Positions 60,801 through 64,000 of a DNA stretch of 64,000 nucleotides are shown here, piece after piece; within the stretch, counting starts at the first letter, position 1; the number at the start of each line of letters is the position of its first letter. The stretch lies in the IMG/VR virus record IMGVR_UViG_3300027631_002940, one strand, 5' to 3'. The notes beneath the pieces are model-generated. The model had not been told where the DNA came from. It was given only the letters and a program-made list of their open reading frames with translations, and searched no databases. Made by a program: the position numbers and the translations under genes. The DNA is from an uncultured virus (IMG/VR IMGVR_UViG_3300027631_002940). Taxonomy: Duplodnaviria > Heunggongvirae > Uroviricota > Caudoviricetes.

Positions 60801-63427
60801 ATGCGGATGTTTGGGTATATGGTAACTCTATACTTCAAAAAACACTCACTGGTTTTATTAATGATTCTGTTATTATTAAATCTTATATTTCAGCTTTAAA
60901 ACAAAAGGGCAATCAATCTACACAAAATGAAGCAATTGATATAGCAATAACAACATTAAGTCCTCAAGGTATTGCTGAATCTATACTAAAATCTAATGAT
61001 ATTGTTGGCAATTTATCTAGAACAAATACTATTATAAATTATCTAACATCTATATCTTCACTTAGATTTAATGAATTAAAATCTTGGTATTCAATAAGTT
61101 CTAATGCACAAGTCAATCTAGTCCCATTATCATCAGCTAATATTACACAACCTAACATTGGATTATCTAAAGATGGAATAACTTTATATAAATGGATAGA
61201 ATCTTCTTATTTATATATTGAAGTTAGTGTTAATAATGTTGTGGTTAATAGCGGATATACAATTAATCCTAATAATGGACAGATAACATTTAGCCCCGCA
61301 TTATCCTTGGGAGATTCTGTTTCTGTAGTGCTGAGACAAGACTGGGATGGTACACAAGCTAATATTGCCTCTTCAAATATATTATCAACAGAATTAATAA
61401 GAAGATGGTCGGAATCATATTTACCATTATCATTTGTATTTACAGATGGAAAAAATATATCTGTCAATACGGCTCTAGAAATTATTGAGAATTCAGCTAC
61501 AGCCTGGAATGATGCGGGTGTAAATATAAATGCGTTCTTATTAGGAAAGAACACAACTCATTCAGACCTTCTCAAGATTGGTCAGAGTGGTAAATTCTTT
61601 CACATAGGTACTGATGCTAATTCATCTGATTTTGATAATGCTTTTGATTCTTTGATGCATGGAAATCTAAACACAATCTTTGCTGGCAGTTGGACTAAAA
61701 CAATTGATTACAATGAGCCAAAATACATAACATCAGTATTTACAAATTATTCTGCACCTACTTCTACTGTTAATAGTAGTTGTATTGTGAAATTTAGATG
61801 GACTTCAAATCGTACAAATTATTCTTCATGGATTACTTTGACATCTAATACCGCTTTTGTATTAAACAAAGATGTATTAGCTATTCAATATAGTGTTGAA
61901 ATGAAAGACGGATGGAATGGCACCACAAGAGTAAGACCTGCTATTACTGAGCTTTATCATACTATTATTAATCCAGCTATTGAATATCATATTACTAATT
62001 CAAATACAATTGATGGCAGTTTATTTGAATACATCCATTCTCATGATAAAGGTAATCTAGCAGCTAAATTTGAGTGGGGGATTTGTAGAGGAGATTCTAC
62101 AGACTGGTCAGATTTCTATACTATCAAATCTGGTAGAAATGGTGTTATGCCTAATAGACAATCTTCTATTCTATACACTGACCCACTAAGCAGATCAGAC
62201 CTAAAAACTACTACTACAGATTATTTTATATATCAGGTTTATGAATCTTCTGGTAGTACAGCTTCTTGGACTGACACTGATGACGTTACTATTTATATTA
62301 ATGGTTTAGGAGTTGGCAAAAATTCAAATTACTATTCTTTGGATTCTGCTAATGGATTGATTTATTTCACATCAGAAAAACCTGTCACTGCTATTATTAC
62401 AGTAGATATAGTAACACCTGAGTCAGCTGTTAACTATAATGGTGAAACAACGTCTACTATAGATAATAGAACATATTACCTAGCAAATGGTAGATGGCCT
62501 AGTGATAGCAGTGTAGTAGTTCTAGTTAATGGTTCTATAGTAAGAGGCGGATATTTTACTAATAGAGAAATGGGTACTGTTACATTTACTAAAGAATTAA
62601 ACTTTACAGATATTGTCACTGTATTTGTTCTTCCGTCAAATAAATTTAGAGTTGGCGTAAAAATTTCTAAATACACTAACTCTACTGTAGATTATCAAAA
62701 GTTTGGTTTGACATATACTAGTGTAGCGAATAAAGAAGTTGAATTGGATTTCTTATCCTCACCGTCTCCTACAATATATCCTGACTCATTGTCACTATTG
62801 CCATCTCCTGCTATTTCAACAGAGAGAATATATATAGATTATGATTTTGTTTCTGAAGAAAACAATAAGGAATTAAATAGTAGAACAGAATGGTATAGAA
62901 GAAGAGGCGGCGGATCTTTCTTAAGAGTCAATGCTTCTAACTCCTTACCGAATTATGATAATAGAACAGTTGAAAAATTATCAGATATTAATAGCTTGTT
63001 TATTGAGAATGATCAGGTTAAAGTTATTGTGTATCCATCTGACGGTTTAACAGAAGGTGTATCTTATGAATCTTTACCTGTTACAATCGGTGGTAATAAA
63101 AAACCTTATGTCAAATCCTTAACTATTACTGGTGCTGGTAAAGTAATTACTAGTGGTGTAAATTATATTTCACCAAATGTAGAACTAAAAGCAAAATATA
63201 TTTTCAATGATGGCGAAACAGGTAGTAGCGATATTACTATAGAGGGTATAGATTCTACATCTATTATCAATTGGTATGTAAATGATTCTAAAACATCTAT
63301 TTACACTGGTTCTATATTACCATCTAAGTATGTCAGCTCTGGCATTGTTATCTCTTACAGAATTACTCCATATGACGGAACACTTTATGGCACGTTGGTT
63401 CAGTCTGAAGATATTACTGTTTATTAA
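54824..63427 (+). CDS. Giant modular tail fibre/adhesin protein (2867 aa) with Asp-box propellers and a vWA domain
   Basis: Two RVLVKNQ modules, RHVHTG, Asp-box-like motifs (STQNKGLTW, SFNEGNTF, SADDGDTW), FLIDDTTSM..FVFTDG. Confidence 0.75.
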   Translation: MPLRTSTYKYYTLSLGDKWYPGYDYENMSTSENQLSALFSFVGPGVLEGWLVEALSNFRDEQISLIDGYLNNPSSDLGQRFLYLGFRPDSTCKLATTTNIASLSGLLTVDGVALAADDRVLVKNQSTASQNGIYLAKSGAWVRASELDNRSEYNSNFIVLVLQGTNNTKTVWVMSKPPLAGVVVGTTNIYFANAFNQVVKVTPGYGIVDLYSARTYYTNYLRVTTENTFYVWAEPGLCLISDGICSISCPADPNEFYDVSNQATYLATLNTLADPTTGITSISEIVYEDRRNDLKYLAGALKNALNKAFYRHVHTGTNSTPTKILLSTTLVLDCYAPTSSTIFEVRDSTNTLFKWTSSSYGIPEVRINNIPLLSSAYRLDNTNGKLYLKNSVESGNLVQIILPLSPQSKLFTNTDATTAFTGTIYLTDGTKYTDSNNNTVYKTFSWSDTKYLPATVYLNDILVNPEYYEVDPNQGSILFSTNLPNYSSYTLSSVGVVVESVGREIEDKLTGKRIEDINAASFTRGTVDAKRLPAIDHLGQYRYKNSTYLSPSNNLISYGDSFTYYPQVNSDLQFDSFITKIYPSQNIGNLISSKNGLCVTKDYITNNFTNTWNVDNGYIKDVMDEILQTDSFDNHFVRTWALTSTGRLYSTQNKGLTWSITKQPTQANNIILANAFYASTMKEEVEQNSIIKTVYSTNLYQGTNSGFYSAHIQDGFTENEWSWSKLTRIKDENNAVTSFNVVYAVLEITTLRQVTDAQTGDVKKTYDTAIYLGTDNGFFVGSAYEVKRIYSDIVKGFYWIQSGTSNQNLNDILWHTDTEAFITHTAIYQDDGQGNTSWIPPLSNTDFFGDCRLATTTNINVTPGSCPYSIDGINLQSGNRVLVKNQTDARQNGIYYVVTLGSSNDGTWLRTADVFTAGKQVRVTAGNTNANSSWVLKYSPNYVFGSAYINWGLGKYRVYTSANTIKGITQRKSTSQYLVYHTGGLNIVTDSFDPNINPSTSSLSWNLEGGVINHIYSITDSSTDYGILYAGTNKGLLKSTDALFDSTSLLNPWTRTQKYLYESDELTLFNSYTNIEDLSTFSVLEDYQAVKFDNAKNSWDIFTYEREYVNFYTDPWNSENADVIVYVNDIVSNIPYTTNASEGKISFLSSLLKSDKNDVTVTIIRKGAYISNTGENPHAEVLRYLVTEEQSVTKLSTDLLPTDLVMYVDNPSAIPTSTKILEIRFDTIVEKVTVDVNPVTRKVTLPFARTSTITFPASSTIHLVVYKNVLGIEDLLYKKQNNLTYHLTSVDNANTLQLALASKSNYANLFSFSESPAIGNDERGLIKTLLVDSTNLSTIYDKKASNSSTYSGLLPSLTDKPFNPVSIYAVYNASKTGANMKVATDSGLWNYNGTAWVKESDLGGSSRSYYIKNIDGLISTGSDTGLWQKNVSWSQNAVYPQTQFAYLSGSWFTGTFQAYGKEDGLAFVNVASGSSTFTSDHFDLVDGKNVYGLYKDQFIRITTDSQGNSQQTKVDALYLCAEDGLYAVTNGSRSGSFASILNGREMLDNAYKTTKFYDIFRALATPPSTTAPVPMFILTSNGILKVRNWRWCDPTENDLAFTVENTFLSGISCYCYALSTEVGPPGKSKIFIGTNDGVYRSFNEGNTFEKCERILGGAVTVYALNIFSSTYTENSISVTKNVLLASTEKGMWYSADDGDTWYLSGKPTAENSYPVTFNSTINSNLSLGSTDTTGGWVAQTFKPQSGQSQVFKISAYFDLKQLQTDPAYSLSLGNQIQAYIYSTDVNGVPLTQIAASGSGTIATLISQGYLPSGFTSDSLTANSIKYPGFLSIYLPVTLPNSTSTYALVIREVVQVGGISLVQWKKSTLANPYSDGRSYSSTNGTSWAALNTADDLFFQVYFTGQSQYSETNEIVGYKSTSSINGWADGEFNGLIVNDSGALTTDFKFATSFLIDDTTSMGFAFDNISNYENELSGLVDRIWNRTTISSLPLSYADVWVYGNSILQKTLTGFINDSVIIKSYISALKQKGNQSTQNEAIDIAITTLSPQGIAESILKSNDIVGNLSRTNTIINYLTSISSLRFNELKSWYSISSNAQVNLVPLSSANITQPNIGLSKDGITLYKWIESSYLYIEVSVNNVVVNSGYTINPNNGQITFSPALSLGDSVSVVLRQDWDGTQANIASSNILSTELIRRWSESYLPLSFVFTDGKNISVNTALEIIENSATAWNDAGVNINAFLLGKNTTHSDLLKIGQSGKFFHIGTDANSSDFDNAFDSLMHGNLNTIFAGSWTKTIDYNEPKYITSVFTNYSAPTSTVNSSCIVKFRWTSNRTNYSSWITLTSNTAFVLNKDVLAIQYSVEMKDGWNGTTRVRPAITELYHTIINPAIEYHITNSNTIDGSLFEYIHSHDKGNLAAKFEWGICRGDSTDWSDFYTIKSGRNGVMPNRQSSILYTDPLSRSDLKTTTTDYFIYQVYESSGSTASWTDTDDVTIYINGLGVGKNSNYYSLDSANGLIYFTSEKPVTAIITVDIVTPESAVNYNGETTSTIDNRTYYLANGRWPSDSSVVVLVNGSIVRGGYFTNREMGTVTFTKELNFTDIVTVFVLPSNKFRVGVKISKYTNSTVDYQKFGLTYTSVANKEVELDFLSSPSPTIYPDSLSLLPSPAISTERIYIDYDFVSEENNKELNSRTEWYRRRGGGSFLRVNASNSLPNYDNRTVEKLSDINSLFIENDQVKVIVYPSDGLTEGVSYESLPVTIGGNKKPYVKSLTITGAGKVITSGVNYISPNVELKAKYIFNDGETGSSDITIEGIDSTSIINWYVNDSKTSIYTGSILPSKYVSSGIVISYRITPYDGTLYGTLVQSEDITVY

Positions 63428-63454
63428 AGGAACTTAGTATATAAACTAAGGAAA
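63426..63454 (+). promoter_or_regulatory. Candidate late promoter AAAGG-N20-GAAA
   Basis: Intergenic, upstream of the AGGAG RBS of the S8 peptidase. Confidence 0.45.
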
Positions 63455-63480
63455 TTTTATAGTAGTACAAGGAGAATAAA

Positions 63481-64000
63481 ATGGAAGACAATATCAAGTT
63501 CATTCCTGATGAAGAATTAGTTCCGATTCATGTAATGCAATCTTTTTCACAAGTTGTTGACTGGGGTTTGATGCAAAGCTCAATTCCTGAAGCATGGAAA
63601 TATACCATGGGTGAAGGTATTAACGTAGCTATTCTTGACACTGGTATTGCAGATCATCCTGACATGGAAGGTGCTCTTTTGCCACCTTTGAATTTTTCGG
63701 GAGAAAATGACCATCTTGATAGAAACGGTCACGGTACCCATTGTGCATCAATTGTTGCTGCAAGAAACAATGAATTGGGCATGGTTGGCGTTGCTCCAGG
63801 CTGTAATATTATATCTGTAAAGGTTCTCGGCAATAATGGCTCCGGCTCTTATGATGGAATTATTGCGGGTATTCAAGGCGCTATGGATGCTGGTGCCGAT
63901 ATTATTAGTATGTCCCTTGGTTCTCCTACAGAAGCCCCAATAGCTCTACATGAAAAAATAAAAGAAGCTACAAATAGAGGCATTATTGTTTTAGCAGCAG
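63481..64000 (+). CDS. S8 subtilisin-family serine peptidase, 5' part (truncated by window end; absent from ORF track)
   Basis: Translated by hand: DWG..AWKYTMGEGINVAILDTG..NGHGTHCASIVAA..GVAPG..VKVL..DIISMSLG..IIVLAA; AGGAG RBS. Confidence 0.95.
   Translation, partial: MEDNIKFIPDEELVPIHVMQSFSQVVDWGLMQSSIPEAWKYTMGEGINVAILDTGIADHPDMEGALLPPLNFSGENDHLDRNGHGTHCASIVAARNNELGMVGVAPGCNIISVKVLGNNGSGSYDGIIAGIQGAMDAGADIISMSLGSPTEAPIALHEKIKEATNRGIIVLAA

Noticed and set aside
2024..62676. Numerous 60-126 aa ORFs antisense to or nested in long genes (e.g. 2024, 8109, 10551, 20257, 30783, 58228, 61207)
   Set aside because: Shadow frames of real genes, with no motifs or RBS
44385..63427. Diversity-generating retroelement or invertible fibre cassette
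   Set aside because: No reverse transcriptase or recombinase, and no near-identical nucleotide repeat pair noticed by eye
6783..63427. Bacterial contractile injection system or tailocin locus
   Set aside because: Head-tail connector and neck-like genes, an RNA ligase and a lack of host housekeeping genes point to a phage; no sheath or AAA ATPase recognised
1..64000. Stop-codon reassignment, as in some huge phages
   Set aside because: Standard-code ORFs tile the window, reach 2867 aa, and end in TAA, TAG and TGA at tight gene junctions

Overview
AT-rich, gene-dense segment of a large tailed-phage (jumbo/huge-phage-like) genome, read in the standard code, covering most of a virion-morphogenesis region. 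Bases 1-89 look like the 3' end of a group I intron, followed by a 13-codon 3' exon and two terminators. Next come probable head-internal proteins (a 1411-aa protein with a C-terminal CCQ/PcfJ-like domain, a PGDYG-like protein, an HEXXH zincin, small acidic proteins). A minus-strand block (6.8-26.5 kb) holds two tandem tail-tube-like + chaperone-like pairs, three large structural proteins, a tail-terminator-like gene, a DUF1320/Mu gp36-like connector, a catalytically eroded PHP-fold protein, an AT-rich repeat region, and a neck-like gene coupled to a glycosyltransferase/RNA-ligase cassette. A plus-strand block (26.6-63.4 kb) encodes tape-measure/baseplate candidates and very large modular fibre/adhesin proteins (PA14, beta-propeller, vWA, choice-of-anchor-R-like and DRVLVKNQ modules). 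The window ends in a truncated S8 subtilisin gene. A recurring intergenic AGG-N19/20-GAA(T/A) motif is a candidate late promoter. All family assignments come from motif reading by eye; no searches were run.
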